From the NCBI GenBank assembly GCA_951406725.2, contig OX597825.1, forward strand, positions 59,582,001 to 59,646,000: a DNA stretch of 64,000 nt, given 5' to 3'. This stretch comes from Octopus vulgaris (Eukaryota). Under the pieces are notes generated by a model that saw only the letters and a program-made list of their open reading frames with translations, ran no database searches and was not told where the DNA came from. Of the stretch, positions 1 through 14,204 are shown one piece after another (position 1 is the first letter of the stretch; every line of letters starts with the position of its first letter). The translations under genes were made by a program, and so were the position numbers.

Positions 1-330
1 ATGATGACGACGACCACCATGATGAACATCGCCGTCACCGCCACGACCACTGCCATGGCGACCACCACAACCACCACCATCACGACTCTATCCACGACCA
101 CTACCACGACCATCACCACAACCATCACGACGGCCACCAGCACGACCATGACGATCAAAACGACCACCACCACAACTCGTCATCAACGTTATCGTCTCCT
201 TCAATGACACCACTACTATCACTGGCTCCAACACCAACTCCAGTACTACGAATCCTTCCACTTGTACGACCCACACCATCAAAAACATCAATGTAACTGT
301 ACTAATATGAACACCATGAACCACCAATAC
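1..330. repeat. Degenerate (ACC/GAC/CAT)n trinucleotide low-complexity tract
   Basis: Imperfect ACC/ACG/CAT triplets giving poly-Thr in frame 1 and His/Asp-rich sequence in frame 3. Confidence 0.8.
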
Positions 331-367
331 AAGCAGCAGCAGCGGTAGCAGCAACAGTGGTCGCAGC

Positions 368-562
368 AGCAGCAGCCGTCCAAGAATTAGGAGCTGGAGA
401 TCTCCATTTTCTGCGACTTCGAGGGCCACCTACAAGTGGTGTCGGGTGTCAACGAAGACGACAAGACGACCAAAGTTTTTTTTCCAAGGTCTGGGGTCTC
501 CCGCCCCTAAGCTCTAGACCATCACCTAATCACCCTTACCCGTCTTAACAACAACAACAACG

Positions 563-637
<75 letters not shown>

Positions 638-650
638 AACAACAACAACA
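368..650 (+). mobile_element. Short interspersed repeat with (AAC)n tail, copy 1 (unclassified retroelement 3' end)
   Basis: About 180 bp unique body (GCAGCCGTCCAAGAATT...CCCTTACCCGTCT) then (AAC)n; inverted copy at 5731-5955. Confidence 0.7.
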
Positions 651-680
651 ATTACTATCACTTATTTAACATTTAACATT

Positions 681-886
681 TCGGCACAAGGCCAGTAATT
701 TCAGGGGATTACATAGACCTCAGTGTTCAGCTGGTACTTATTTTTATCGACTCCAAAAGGATAAAAAGCGAAGTCATCATCGACGGAATTTGAACTCAGA
801 ACGTAAAGACGGATGAAATACTGCCAAGCATTTTGTCCGGCGTGCTAACGATTCTGCCAGCTCGCCTCTTTTGCCAGCTCGTCGCC
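681..886 (-). mobile_element. tRNA-derived SINE, family A (octopus OK-like)
   Basis: Reverse complement has GGCGAGCTGGCAGAATCGTTAGCACGCCGG head, GAGTTCAAATTCC B-box and the family A central GTCGATAAA...TAAGTACCAG domain. Confidence 0.85.
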
Positions 887-1126
887 TTGCTACTATCAGT
901 AATGCTACCAACGTTAGCACCTCCGTTTTCACTTTGGTTACGTCCTCCTCATCAAAATCGTTGATAATACCACCATTATGACCCTCATCACCCCTTCTAC
1001 CACACCACCAACACCTACGCTACAGCCCCTAATATAGATCCATGTTCATGCAAAAAGTTATTGTAATGTTTAGAACGCTTGTATTGTAATAAGGACAAAA
1101 GTGTCGCTGATTTGAAAGAATAGAAA

Positions 1127-1460
1127 TACGTATTGTAAGAACAGAGAACGTCTACATTAAAGAAGACAGTAACGATATATGGCTGACGGGAAAATAACTA
1201 GATACAAATAGTATGTAATATAGTGAGATATCAGTTAACTGAGATTATCCAGGTAATTCAATTGATCAAAAGCGCCCTCCAAGGGCGTTAAAACTATGTG
1301 TTGTAAGAGTAGAGAATCTCCTTATCTAAATATATCAATGATGCATAGTTGGCGGAAAACAACTGGATACAAATATATGGTAGCGTCCAACATATGTAAT
1401 GTAGAGTTAAATTATTCAAGTAATTTTGTAAATTAAAAAGCCCCCTTTAAAAGTGTTAAA
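1127..1460. repeat. Diverged tandem duplication, about 165 bp x2
   Basis: TATTGTAAGAACAGAGAA...CTAGATACAAATA...AAAAGCGCCC recurs as TGTTGTAAGAGTAGAGAA...CTGGATACAAATA...AAAAGCCCCC. Confidence 0.7.
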
Positions 1461-2384
1461 ATCTAAAAAGTTCCAATCTCCAAAACATGCAAGGGAGATA
1501 ATTACAATGAGATCAGTTGAGTGGCATTTTTGAACAGTGTTAATACACTGAAGGTTACGGTCAAATCGGGTTTAATAAATAATTAGATTCAGTCCAAGTT
1601 CGCGGTTAAATAATTTTTTTTTTATTGTTGTTTAATCCTAGCTAAGCTATGAACCACAAGAGCCATATCAACAGCAATCAAGCTACGGTGATTCTAACTG
1701 TTTCCAGATTTAGTCAATCTCAGATTATATTATGCATGTATTCTATCTCCTCTGGTGGCGACACTAACACAAATATAGTCGCTATTGTCAAAACGACCAC
1801 CATCACTATTACTACTACCACAACCTCTACCAGTAACACTACCACCACAGTCGCCGTCAATCATAATGCCACTTTTATCATTAACATAAGCAGAATATCA
1901 CCGACATTAACAAAAGAGCCACAGCCGCCACCCACCACCAAAATTTAATAAACGTATTCAACTCCTGATGCTTAGGTTTATCTTACAAGGGTTATCACAA
2001 AAACAATACAAAAGAGAGCATAAAACTTTTATTTAACAGTCATAAGTTGTTCTTTAAACAAGGTCACATACGAGTAAATCTAAAGTGAAAGAAATGGAAG
2101 TTGTGTAATAGGTTTTAGATGAGTTGATTGTAGACACTCCATAAAAACAGAGCAAAAGATGCTATGGAAAATATCAGTGAGATCAGAAGCAAGATGGTGG
2201 CATAGAGCATATATGAATGAAAGTTTGTTGTGTTGCAGTGAATATACTCGTAGAAGTCCCCAGTTGTTCTATTTATTTTAAATCTATATTTAATGCTTCT
2301 CTGGCGATTCTCAGAGGGATTTCTGTAAAGCTACATTTCATCGTTCATCGCGTCTAATTTTCACAATTGTTTTGAATCTAAGAA

Positions 2385-2640
2385 GGTGTGCGGCCTAACG
2401 GTTACGGTGTGACATTCACGATCGAAAGATTGTGGTTTCGACTTCTAGACTAGACGGTTCGTTGTGTTCCTTTGCAAAACCCTTCATTTCGTGTTGCTCC
2501 TTTCCATTCAGCTGTAAACCAGTAACTCTCCGATGGATAGGCGCTCCGTACCGGTTGGGTATTACGATATCAGTCACGCCTTGGCTACGAAAAACGGAAA
2601 ATGACTTTATGGGTCTTAGGAAAGCAATATTCAGGAACTT
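2385..2640 (+). mobile_element. Degenerate tRNA-derived SINE (family C/D-like head)
   Basis: GGTGTGCGGCCTAACGGTTA A-box-like, GGTTTCGACT B-box-like, then GTTGTGTTCCTTTGCAAAAC...TTCATTCAGCTGTAAA as in other copies. Confidence 0.6.
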
Positions 2641-2868
2641 ATATTTTTGTCATGTTCTGTGATAGCTAACCACTACAATACTTCACAGGAAAGAACCTAA
2701 TATTCACAATCGATTGCCAGTACAATTTCCCCGGCAAATGTGCGTCTACTGGACACATAATAACATCTTTTCACACACAAGCACAAACGAACATTCACAA
2801 AAACTCACACATATATAAGCATTATGTCTATACGTATATGTACTTACAAATATACGTATACACACAAA

Positions 2869-2967
<99 letters not shown>

Positions 2968-3310
2968 ATAAATATGGAAGAGTATTTGCACATGTTTAAC
3001 ATATATCTCCATGTACATATGCACGCATACACACATGTATTTAACTGTACATACAGCTGTAGGTAACACACATGTCTTCATATATAACGTATGTATGCTT
3101 GTTTATATTATACCTCTCGAAACAGCGACGAACATATAGGAACACACGCTCACATATATGTATATCTGGGAGTGAGTATGTATGTATGTATCATATATAT
3201 GTATATATAGATAAACATACAATGATATATATATATATATATTTACATATGCATATATATACGTATATATATATATATATATCTGCTTTGGTACATAAGT
3301 AGATAGATGC

Positions 3311-3373
<63 letters not shown>

Positions 3374-3586
3374 CACACATAGAAGGTGTGTGCGTGCGTG
3401 AGAGAGAGAAGGTAGAATGAAACACATTAAAAACATTTTAGTGTAAATTGATATAAAATGTAGATATTCTCTATGGATTAAGAAGTATGCATTAGAGATT
3501 TGTACTTAGCTAGGAGCAAAAGACGAATGCACAAAACTAGCAGTGAGAACAACAAAACACAACAGTAATTTTTACAATGAAGTACA

Positions 3587-3645
<59 letters not shown>

Positions 3646-3949
3646 TGAGTATATTTTTCAATAGATGAGCCAAAGCTAGAAAAATATATATATAAAGTGA
3701 GTGAGTGAGTGAGAGAGAGGGAGAGAGGGAGAAAAGAATGAGTGAGATAGAGGGAGATGATAACTTGTCTAGATATTTAAATATGCATTAAAATCGGAGA
3801 AGTTATTAATTTCAAATAAAGAAAAGTTGATATTTTTTTTTTCTTTTAACTCTATTTCCTTTTTCTTATTAACTTTGTAATTTCTATCCATCTAAAACTT
3901 CCGCCATGATGTTGATGAGGATGATGACGATCGTAATAATAATAATAAC

Positions 3950-4014
<65 letters not shown>

Positions 4015-5730
4015 TGATGATGATGATGATAATAATAATAATAATAATAATAACAATCGTAATAAAAATCATAATAAGTAGTAAGATCAATAATTGCAAT
4101 AATAACGATAATAGTAATAATGACAATAATAGCTATCATAACAATAATAGTAAAAATAATGATAATAATAATGTGTTATAAACGAAAGCAAAAGCCAATG
4201 TTTCTATAATGAAGTAAATTCGCAGGTTATTTGCCAGTGAAGATGTTTAACAGAGTACTTACTTTTTAATGAACTCACGGAAGAATCTAACACAACATGT
4301 AGATAATCTTTCTTCTTTTCTGGTTTTGGTTTATTTCTGTTGTTGAGAGAATTTGTTATTTTTTTGTTAATTTTTTTTAGTGTAAAAGAAAAAGAAAAAC
4401 GGAAGAAATTTAAGAAAAAAAAAATTGTGAGATTAGACAAAACTTCTATTTCTACAGATTTTTGGAAAGTCATTTATTTTTCAATGATCTATCTATTTGA
4501 GCAAGACATTAAGCCACATCGGAAAATAATGCATATATATATATGTATATATATAGGTGTATATATACATACATATGTATATATATATATATATATATAC
4601 GTATATATATAGGTGTATATATATATATATATGTATATGTATATATATATATGTATATATATGTATATGTATATATATATAGTATACATATATATACGTA
4701 TGTATGAATGTCCATATATACATATATATAAATATATATATGCATACATATATATGTATATATATATAATGTATATACCTATATGTATACATATATATAC
4801 ATACTTAGATGTATGTATATATATATGTAACTATATGAATTTATGTATGCATATCTATATGCATCTAAATATATATCTAAGTAGACACACACATGCGCAC
4901 TCACACACGCGCGCGCACGCGCATTTGCTTTTTACTCTAATTTCAGCTCTTGCTGCTTTTTTTCTCCTTTTTCAATTAATATGTTTGATAAATGAGAACG
5001 GAGAGTAAAAGTTGTTTCACTGTAAGCTATTGTAAAAAGTAAAAAAACAACAACAACAACAACAACAACAAAACACACAGACACACACACACACAAACAC
5101 ACCAACAAAAACTAAAACAACAAAAATAAACCAAAATCATAGAAACAACAATAATGTATAAAAACATAATAAAAAATCAGAATAAAAAAACAATGAATCA
5201 TGATCAAAGATGGTCAGCAGATGAAGTTACTTCGTACATTAATTAACACACATGCTTTCCCTTATGCTGACACACATAAAAACATATTGTTTATTAGAAA
5301 TACATCACTTTTGATTTATGTTATTTTATTTTCAGTTTTTCATAGTTTTTTTTTTGTGAGTCTATAATATTTAAATCAGAGATAACTGTGGTTAACTCCG
5401 ATGGTTATATTGTACCACGAACCTCCGAAATGGATAATGTTGGTAAGGTCAATAATTCGTATCATGTTTCTAACAACGTTGTTGTGTTGTTGCGAGTATG
5501 GACGGTAGAGTTTAGTTGAAATATTGAAAATATAGGTCCAGTTAGAGGTTAATTACGGGTTCCCTGACTGTGCGACAATTTACAGAAATAAGCAGAAGAA
5601 ACTGTGTAAAATTGATAAATGTTTCAATGGCTTGTAAAGCTGATCGTAGATTTTTTACAGGTGTAGGTTAGAGAGAAATAGCTTTTACCCAGCTTGTCCT
5701 CGATATAGATTTTCATGGAGACAAATTTGC

Positions 5731-5955
5731 TGTTGTTGTTGTTGTTGTTGTTGTTAAGCGACAAGACGGGTAAGGGGGATTAGGTGATGGTCTAGGGCTT
5801 AGGGGCGGGAGACCCCAGACCTTGGAAAAAAAAAAAACATTGGTCGTCTTTTTGTAGTCGAGGGCTCTTCGATGACGCCAGACATCACTGGGAGGTGGCT
5901 CTCGAAGTCGCTGGAAATGGAGATCTCCAGGTCCAAATTCTTGGACGGCTGCTGT
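5731..5955 (-). mobile_element. Short interspersed repeat with (AAC)n tail, copy 2 (inverted)
   Basis: Reverse complement aligns to 368-560, including GGTCTGGGGTCTCCCGCCCCTAAG and the tail. Confidence 0.75.
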
Positions 5956-5984
5956 TGTTGTTGCTAGTGCTGCTTAATACCAGT

Positions 5985-6140
5985 TAAGTACCAATTCAGC
6001 AGATTTGTGACCAAAGGCATTCAGACCACAATATCCTATTTTCCCAGGCTAATTTCTTAAGAACTACGTCATCATGCAATGTGTCTGACCTTGTATTAGA
6101 GCGTTGAGGTACCTCTAGTCATTTTTCCCAGCAGATCAGA
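5985..6140 (+). mobile_element. Old interspersed repeat fragment (family E); related fragments near 8720-8870, 9060-9200, 12120-12260, 18820-19010, 26210-26360, 30430-30580, 30870-31075
   Basis: Recurrent GATCAAAGGCATTCCAG and TTTGGCTGCTATTTCTAGC-like motifs in highly diverged copies. Confidence 0.45.
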
Positions 6141-7788
6141 CAATTACATTGGCGTGGAAGTTCTTCACTCGAAGATAGAGTTTTTTTTATTGACGTCATT
6201 GAACGCACAGACACCTTCATACTAATGAAATCTGATATAAAGATTTTCTTTGGAGATATAATCATAATCCACGTAATCCATGAAAATAATTTGAATTGAA
6301 AAGAATTTTAGGTCTAACAGGTAAAAGCATTTATTTCAGCATTAGTCACTTTACTATTTTATCATCTTTGTATTTGGTGTTTAATAGAAGAGTGGTTTAA
6401 ATATTAATTTACTGTCTTGATCAGCATTTCAAACTAGACTGGCTACTATTACTGTCTTGAATGTATTGCTGTGTAAAATATATAATATAAATAATTAATT
6501 TCCTCATCAATGTAGTCGTCTGATAGTATAGCTATTCAAGCTTCTCCGAATTCCATTTTTATATAGGTAATAGCTACTTATATCTAAGTAATAGCTACAA
6601 GTTTTTTCAAGTTAAGCATAATAAAATTTATACATTTTGAAATATAACTCAGTAAACAACCAAGAAGCATATTTTCTTTGAATTCAAGAGAGTAACAATT
6701 ATTGAAATGAAATAGTAAATCATACCTCTTTGGGTATATAATTTGTCTCATAGTTTGATTATACCATTGAAATCTGCTTTAAAATTTTGCTTACACATTT
6801 GGAGTTATAGCAATAATTCTCATAATCTACCAAAATAAGAGAATTGATAAGATTTGTAGACTATATTGCTAAAAGCTTTTACTTCAGCTATTACTTAGCT
6901 ATTTTTTTATCCGTTTACCGTAGTTGTATTTGAGGTCTATTAGCGTAGGTTAAATAGTAGCTTTGCAACTTCATTTTTAAGAGTTCAAATTAGACTGACG
7001 TGTTATCCAAACACATAGATTAGCTTGTTTTTTTCATGTACTCTGGGTTAGCGGGATGAAGAGCGCCTGTCTATAAAGTTATAGCTCCAAACTCTATGAA
7101 AATATTTCGATTTGTAGGGGGGAAAATGCACAGATGCTAGTTTGGAAAAAGTAGATGTAAAACAAATAAAATAAAGTCGCTGTTATTCTATGAACTGAAA
7201 AAGGTGTAAATGTTTCTGGCTTCATCACAGTTTGACGAAACTATTGATACCAAATAAGACCTAGGAATACAGGTAGAAAGAACAATAACGAAAATAAGCT
7301 TTTTATTTTATGCTGGGTGTCTGTTTATAACTTCAGCATTCATAAAGCTGGGAATTTTTCTCTTGGTTATCCCTTTTGTCATGATAAAGAGAGAAATACC
7401 TACCACATACACAACCCACACATATACTCACCCCACCTAAAAAAAAAAACTAGAATAAAATAAAGGATTGCCAATGAAAAATGATCATGTTCTGCTTAGT
7501 TTATCTGAAAGTCCTTCACCATTTGAAATTATTACTTAAACATTCTATAATGAAATATGATTAGTGTTAAGTTCATTCACTAATATAACCAAGTGTGCTA
7601 TTTTCTCACGGGTAAAACTAACTTCATAATCAGGTCAGTAACGATTAAAAGTGAAACATCTATTTTGACCAGTGAGCACGAATACTTTCTGTTTAATGAG
7701 TATATTATGTATGATTTAAAACATCCACATATTTATTGGTAGTCTTAGAGTGAGAGAAACAAATTTCTATCGTCATCCTTAAAAGGTT

Positions 7789-7926
7789 GGAATACATCGA
7801 TTCCTGTAGCCAACTATTGCTTTTTTTATATATAGATTCGGAATGGATGGATGGCAAAGTTCACCACGGCGATATTTGAACTCAGAATGTAAAGTTGGAA
7901 GAAATGCTGTTGATAATTTTGCCCGG
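7789..7926 (-). mobile_element. SINE family A fragment
   Basis: GGCAAAGT...TTTGAACTCAGAATGTAAAG...TTTTGCCCGG matches other family A copies. Confidence 0.7.
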
Positions 7927-7948
7927 GAGGGAAAAGAACCCATCTATA

Positions 7949-8102
7949 GGCGCAGGAGTGGCTGTGTGGTTGCTTACCAACCACATGATTCCTTGTTCAG
8001 TACCATAGTGTGGCATCTTGGGCAAGTGTCTTCTACTATAGCCTCGGGCCGACCAATGCCTTGTGAGTGGATTTGGTAGACGGAAACTGAAAGAAGCCCA
8101 TC

Positions 8103-8146
<44 letters not shown>

Positions 8147-8358
8147 GTGTGTGTGTATGTTTGTGTGTCTGTGTTTGTCGTCCCACCATCGCTTGACAAC
8201 CGATGCTGGAGTGTTTGCGCTCCTGTAACTAGTGGTTCGGCAAAGGGACCAACAGAATAAGTACTAGGCTTCCAAAGAATAGGTCCTAGGGTTGATTTGT
8301 TCGACTAAACATGGTGCTCCAGCATGGCTGCAGTCAAATGACTGGAACAAATCAAAGT
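7949..8358 (+). mobile_element. tRNA-derived SINE, family B (octopus OR-like), with internal (TA)n/(TG)n
   Basis: GGCGCAGGAGTGGCTGTGTGG head, GTTCAGT B-box-like, CORE-like TCTTGGGCAAGT, 3' GCATGGCTGCAGTCAAATGACTG. Confidence 0.85.
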
Positions 8359-8496
8359 GTGAAAGTGTAAAGAATAACTGAACAGTTCATTTTGATGGGG
8401 TTTTTTTCCAGGCAAGCCATTCGGATCTTCAATTAATGCAGTCATGATATTTAGAACTCAAACCAACGTGGTTGTCATTTAAAGAAATAACCATTT

Positions 8497-8700
8497 CTAC
8501 TACAAATACAAGGCCTGAATTTTCTTTTTGTGAGATTTAGTCGATTACATCAATCCTAGTAACCGACTCTTGCTTTTTTTTTTATCGATTCCGAAGAGAT
8601 GACAGGCAAAGTCAATCTTGGTGGTATTTGAACTCGTAAAGCTGGAAGGAATACTGTTGAACATTTTGTCCGACGTACAAATTTACCAACTCTCCGCCTT
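8497..8700 (-). mobile_element. SINE family A
   Basis: ACAAGGCCTGAA...GGCAAAGTC...TTTGAACTC...CTCCGCC. Confidence 0.75.
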
Positions 8701-10341
8701 CATTGAAAAAAAAATAAAGCTTGGACTGTGTTGAACGAGATTTCCAGTAACACTGTAAAAGTCATGTTACAAAATCTCCTATACTAGCTTCTCTATTCTC
8801 TGTTTAGAAGACTGAGTGAAGTTTAGCTACTGTATTGAGCAGGTTTAGAAATTACATAGGGCCCCCTACTAGCTTGTTTGGCTTCTTTTTTAAAAGCAAA
8901 TAATGATTCGTTGAGGAGTCAACTGTCCCCAGAGAAGTTTCTATACCGGATTATGTGGTCTTTATTTAAGCAATATCAGGGAACTTATAGATGATGTTCT
9001 AAGTTACTACACTCACCATGTTAAGTAACATATTCCTGGATATCTATTCCTTTTCATTTATTTCCAGGTTGACCGTAATTGAGTTGATCTCATGATAAAA
9101 GGTACTCAAGTTAAGAGAGCCACATCTTTTGTTCTCTTAGCATCGTATAATTCGGAATGCATTATCAAAATATCCTTTAATATTTTAAAAATGGCGGGTC
9201 GTTTTTAACTATTTAATTAATTTATTTCTGTTGAAATACACCACCTTTATTTTAATTAATTTTGAAAATAATAAAGTATTTATCAAAATAACTGTCGTTA
9301 TTTAGTTGGTGTTTGGGATATAAATTAACATGGAATTTTGATGGAGGGTTTTAATTTAAATTTCTATCTTAGAATTAAGAGCCGTTTCTGGTGGGCTGGT
9401 AGTTTTTAATAATCTAGTCAGACAAAAAAAAAAAAAAAAAATTTTACCCTGCTGGCAAACATCGGTCAGAACATCGAGAAGTATTCTTGCAATACTACTC
9501 TAGGGTTCATTCTGGGGCGCAGCGGTTAGACGGACTCTCTGAAAGGTCAAAACACAATATCTGTCTGCAAAGACGGGGATGAATTAATCAAAGATTCAAG
9601 TCTACAAATAGAGCAGCGCCTCATTAAGGTGAATTCATCATTATTAACTCTCATGTCAATCCCTATAACTGGTTGATACTCTCACAGACATGCTGTCTTC
9701 GCTTTTAGTTCGACTTTGATACGTGTAGGAGCTGCTTAATTAATTGGAATCAGTCCCAATTTGTGACATTCTTGGAAACGCCTGGCTCCAGCCGCTCGTT
9801 ACTTTTAGTAGATCGATTGCGTGTCACCCATAATGTTTCTATTGTTGGTTCTGTTCTGGTTTCAATTCTTTAAAACGTCAAATGTTCTAAAAGTCTCTTT
9901 CTTTATACTCCTTTTGCTAAATATAAATGAATTGATAGCAATGTTGAAATAAATCACAAGAAACTATGGTTAAAACTGACAGAGCATGGCTGAAACGCAA
10001 AATAACATACATTGAAGAAAACAACAATTTTGTACAAAATACTACTTATTCAAGAGTTTTTAAAAAATTTTCTCTACATTTTCCTACAACCCTGTTCTCT
10101 TTAATTATACTGTCTATAACAAGTTGGCTTTCTTTCTTTGTAATATATAGTAGTGATACAGTTTTTAATTATATCCTGTGACATTAAAATCTCTGAAAAG
10201 AACAAATCAGAGCTAAAAAGAAAAGGTAAGTAATTGGTTTCGAAAATGGCCAGACAAAATGATTATCTTCAATTAGACAATTCTACAGATATTGCCGCAT
10301 TCCTGGAGGAGGAAAAGGACAAATTCAAAGTTGCAAACACA

Positions 10342-10405
<64 letters not shown>

Positions 10406-10562
10406 TCTCTACATACATACATTATACATACATACATATATACAAGCATGCGTAAATATGTACAATTACATGCATGCGCGTATACATATATACGTATACC
10501 TGTATATGTAAGTATATATACGTATATAATTATATATATATATATATTTATATATATACTTA

Positions 10563-10656
<94 letters not shown>

Positions 10657-11134
10657 TATGTTCAAACACAAACACATATATCTACATAAAACACACATAC
10701 ACACAATCGTATATATGTATTCAAAACAAGGAAATAACTACATAAATATAAACAGCTCAGAAGAAAAGCAACAGAAGTATAAAAAATAAAAATAAACTGA
10801 AAAAAAACTAAAAAAAAAAAAAAAACCAGAGCGGCAAAGCAGAAAGACTAAAAGAGTAAAAGAGTATTAGGAGGAAATGTTATTGATGTTTGATATTATT
10901 GGTAGGTGTATAAACAAAGAAGCAGACAGAATAGAAATAAAACTTCCTAATTCTGTAGACATTGTTGCTGGTGTATTCCTCACCTAAGACGAGTCTGGCG
11001 CTTCGTACTGTTTACCGTATATCAAACCGTAAATATAATGGTTTGTTGCTATGTAACGAACAGCACCTCTTTTAAATCAACATATTCAACGTCTACCGGC
11101 TGACACACCTTCTTTGCCTCTTCCTCAACCTGCA

Positions 11135-12030
11135 CCGTTCTTCTTCTCCTCCTCCTCCTCCTCCTTGTTGTTGTTGTTGGTGTTGTTGTTGTTGTTGTTA
11201 TTCTTCTTCTTCTTCTTCTTCATCTTCGTCTTCTTCTTCTTCTTCTTCTTCATCTCCTTCTTCTTCTTCGTCTTCTTCTTCTTCTTCTTCTTCTTCTTCT
11301 TCTTCTTCGTCTTCTTCTTCTTCTTCTTCTTCTTCTTTTTCTTCTTCTTCGTCTTCTTCTTTCCTTCTTCTTCATGTTCTTTTTCATGTTCTTCATGTTC
11401 TTGTTGTTGTTCTTGTTGTTCTTGTTGTTCTTGTTCTTCTTTTCTTGTTGTTATTGTTGTTGTTGTTGTTGTTGTTGTTGTTCTTCTTCTTCTTCTTCTT
11501 CTTCATCGTCGTCGTCGTCCTCTTTGTCCCCCTCCTCCTCATCTAGAACAAAAAACAACAACAGCAGCAAAGTCAACAACAACGCCAAACTACCATCGAT
11601 TATCATCTCTTATCGTTTCCGTTTGTCGTCGTTATTCTTGTTATCATCTTCTCCATCATCATCATCATCATCACGATCATCATGATCATGATCATCATGA
11701 TCATGATTATGATCATCATCACCAACTTGTCATCATACTCATAATTACTTCAATTACACTCATGAACACCGTCGTCATCATCGTTGCCATCGTTAACGTC
11801 AGCATCATCATCACCATCATGATCATTTTCATAATGATCACCACCACCACCACCACCACCACCACCACCACCATCATCGTCAACTTTTCTTAACCAGCCC
11901 CTCCTCCTTCTCTTCCCCTCGTCCTCGTTTCATATCTTTCCTCCTCTTCCTCCTGCTCTTCCTCTTGCTGCTGCTCCTCCTGCTGCTGTTCCTCTCCTCC
12001 TCCTCCTCCTCCTCCTCCTCCTCATCATCA
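11135..12030. repeat. Compound trinucleotide microsatellite (TCC/TTG/TTC/ATC/ACC)
   Basis: About 900 bp of successive triplet runs; source of the spurious 259-aa ORF. Confidence 0.95.
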
Positions 12031-12344
12031 ATATTACCCATAGCAGAATCAGTATCACCTACTATTTCTTATTTCTATCTTTTTTACAATGCTATCGATA
12101 CTAGCTTTTACATCCAAATAAGCCTCGAATCACTCGACAGAGGAGTTCTTTGATCAAAGGACATTCTATTCATGACCATTTCATCGTGTTCTTATTTTGC
12201 CTAGGTACAATGTACCTCAGATTGCATTATTCAAATTATTGCTCCTTTATTCAATACGTTGTAGGAAATAGACAAGGTTTTCCAAGAAAAATTTTTTTAT
12301 AGAATTATTAAGTTATGGATCCGTATCCTATTGAATCAATTAAC

Positions 12345-12827
12345 TAATGAATCAATAACTGATTTATCTGTAACTTATCGATCTATGGCTTATTGATAAT
12401 AAACTTATCGATCTGTAACTTACGGATTTGTAACTTACTGCTCTGTAACTTACTCATATGTAACTTAATATGCAAATTATGGATCAGAAAATTATAGATC
12501 CATAGCTTTTTGATTTGTACCCTATTGATTGGTAATTTATCAATATGTAACTTATTGATCTGTAACTTATTGATCCATATCTTCTACATTAGTAACTTAT
12601 GGATATCTAAGCTATTGATCTGTAACTTATTGGATCGTAACTTATTGGTCTGCAATTTATTAATCTATAACTTATTGATCAGTAACTTTTTCGATCTTTA
12701 ACATATTGATATGGAATTTATGAATCTATAACTTATTGATATGCTATTTAAGTATCAGTAACGTATGGATTAACCAGTTATGAATTTGTATCTTAATGGT
12801 CTGTAAAATATGGATAGGTAACTTATT
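12345..12827. repeat. 15-bp minisatellite, consensus about CTGTAACTTATTGAT; resumes at 13261-13295
   Basis: About 30 diverged units with a recurring AACTTAT core. Confidence 0.9.
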
Positions 12828-13260
12828 CTTTTCTACTCTAGACACAAGGCCCGAAATTTTGGGGGAGGGGGGGAGCAGTCGATTAGATTGACATCAGTAC
12901 GCAACTGGTACCTAATTTATTGACCCCGAAAGGATGAAAGGCAAAGTCTACCTCGGCGGAATTTGAACTCAGAACGTAAAGACAGACGAAATACAGCTAA
13001 GCATTTCGCCCGGCGTGCTAACGTTTCTTATTTCTTTATTGCTCACAAGGGGCTAAACATAGAGGGTACAAACAAGAACAGACAAAGGGACTAAGTCGAT
13101 TATATCGACCCCAGTGCGTAACTGGTACTTAATTTATCAATACCGAAAGGATGAAAGGCAAAGTCGACCTCGGTGTTATTTGAACTCAGAACGTAAAGAC
13201 AGACGAAATACAGCTAAACATTTCGCCCTTCGTGCAAAGGTTTCTGGCAGCTCGCCGCCT
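12828..13260 (-). mobile_element. SINE family A with internally duplicated body, inserted in the minisatellite
   Basis: Two copies of GAAAGGATGAAAGGCAAAGTC...GAACTCAGAACGTAAAGACAGACGAAATAC; head CAGCTCGCCGCC at right end. Confidence 0.9.
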
Positions 13261-14086
13261 TGGATCAATAACTTATTGGATTAGGAACTTATGGGTTCCA
13301 ATGGTTATTCTGAACGGCCTAACTTTTAGCACACCGCTTCTTGATTTGTTAATCTTTCGAACGTCCTTGTGTTATTAATCTATCACAAGCTACACGTTTG
13401 ACCTTATGAACACACTTTAGTGAAAGATTTCAACGTTGTTAGAAAGATTTTTCAATAGATACAGAATAAACGTTGGCAAACTATTGCCAAACTGTTGACC
13501 CCAAAGTTGCTGCTAATTCTAAATGTGTTAACAACTTTATTTTGTCTTAGAGTTGTTGTTCTCGTTCTTCCATTGTTGCCACCCGTCCATTGTTGTCTCT
13601 CCTCAACATATACAGGCAAATTGTGAACATGTCTGAGCTACAAAAACAATACATACATATGAGCACATCTCTCTCACACACACACACACAAATATGTATA
13701 CACATAAATACACATACACATTTAAACATACGTATTCTGAACGCTGTTGACCAGAACACCTTACATACACCTACATACATGTGCATACAATCTTATACAC
13801 AGTCGAATATACACATATACATAAACACACGTAGTCATACACAATTGCTTAAAAATACACAGACAAATTCTGATATTGTACTTATCGGAATTATTCTTGA
13901 TGGTTCTATAGACTGTAAATATATATTTATAAAAAAAGATTATGTGAATATATTAAACGAAAACCACAAATACGAATATAGATACATACATACATACATA
14001 TACAGGAATATTATCATGAACAGGTAGATGCACATAGGCACACATAATGTGTGTGTGTATGTGTATATACACATATAATATCTATC

Positions 14087-14167
<81 letters not shown>

Positions 14168-14170
14168 GTG

Positions 14171-14204
<34 letters not shown>

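Noticed and set aside
3-297. His/Asp-rich open frame (+3) resembling a metal-binding protein
   Set aside because: Built from degenerate triplet repeats like those at 11655-11720 and 54495-54730; no splice or domain support, and truncated by the window edge.
11114-11893. 259-aa ORF, the longest in the track
   Set aside because: Translation of a compound microsatellite (poly-F/S/L/V/H/T).
12345-12827. CRISPR-like periodic array
   Set aside because: Contiguous 15-bp units with no unique spacers, in a eukaryotic context with no cas genes.
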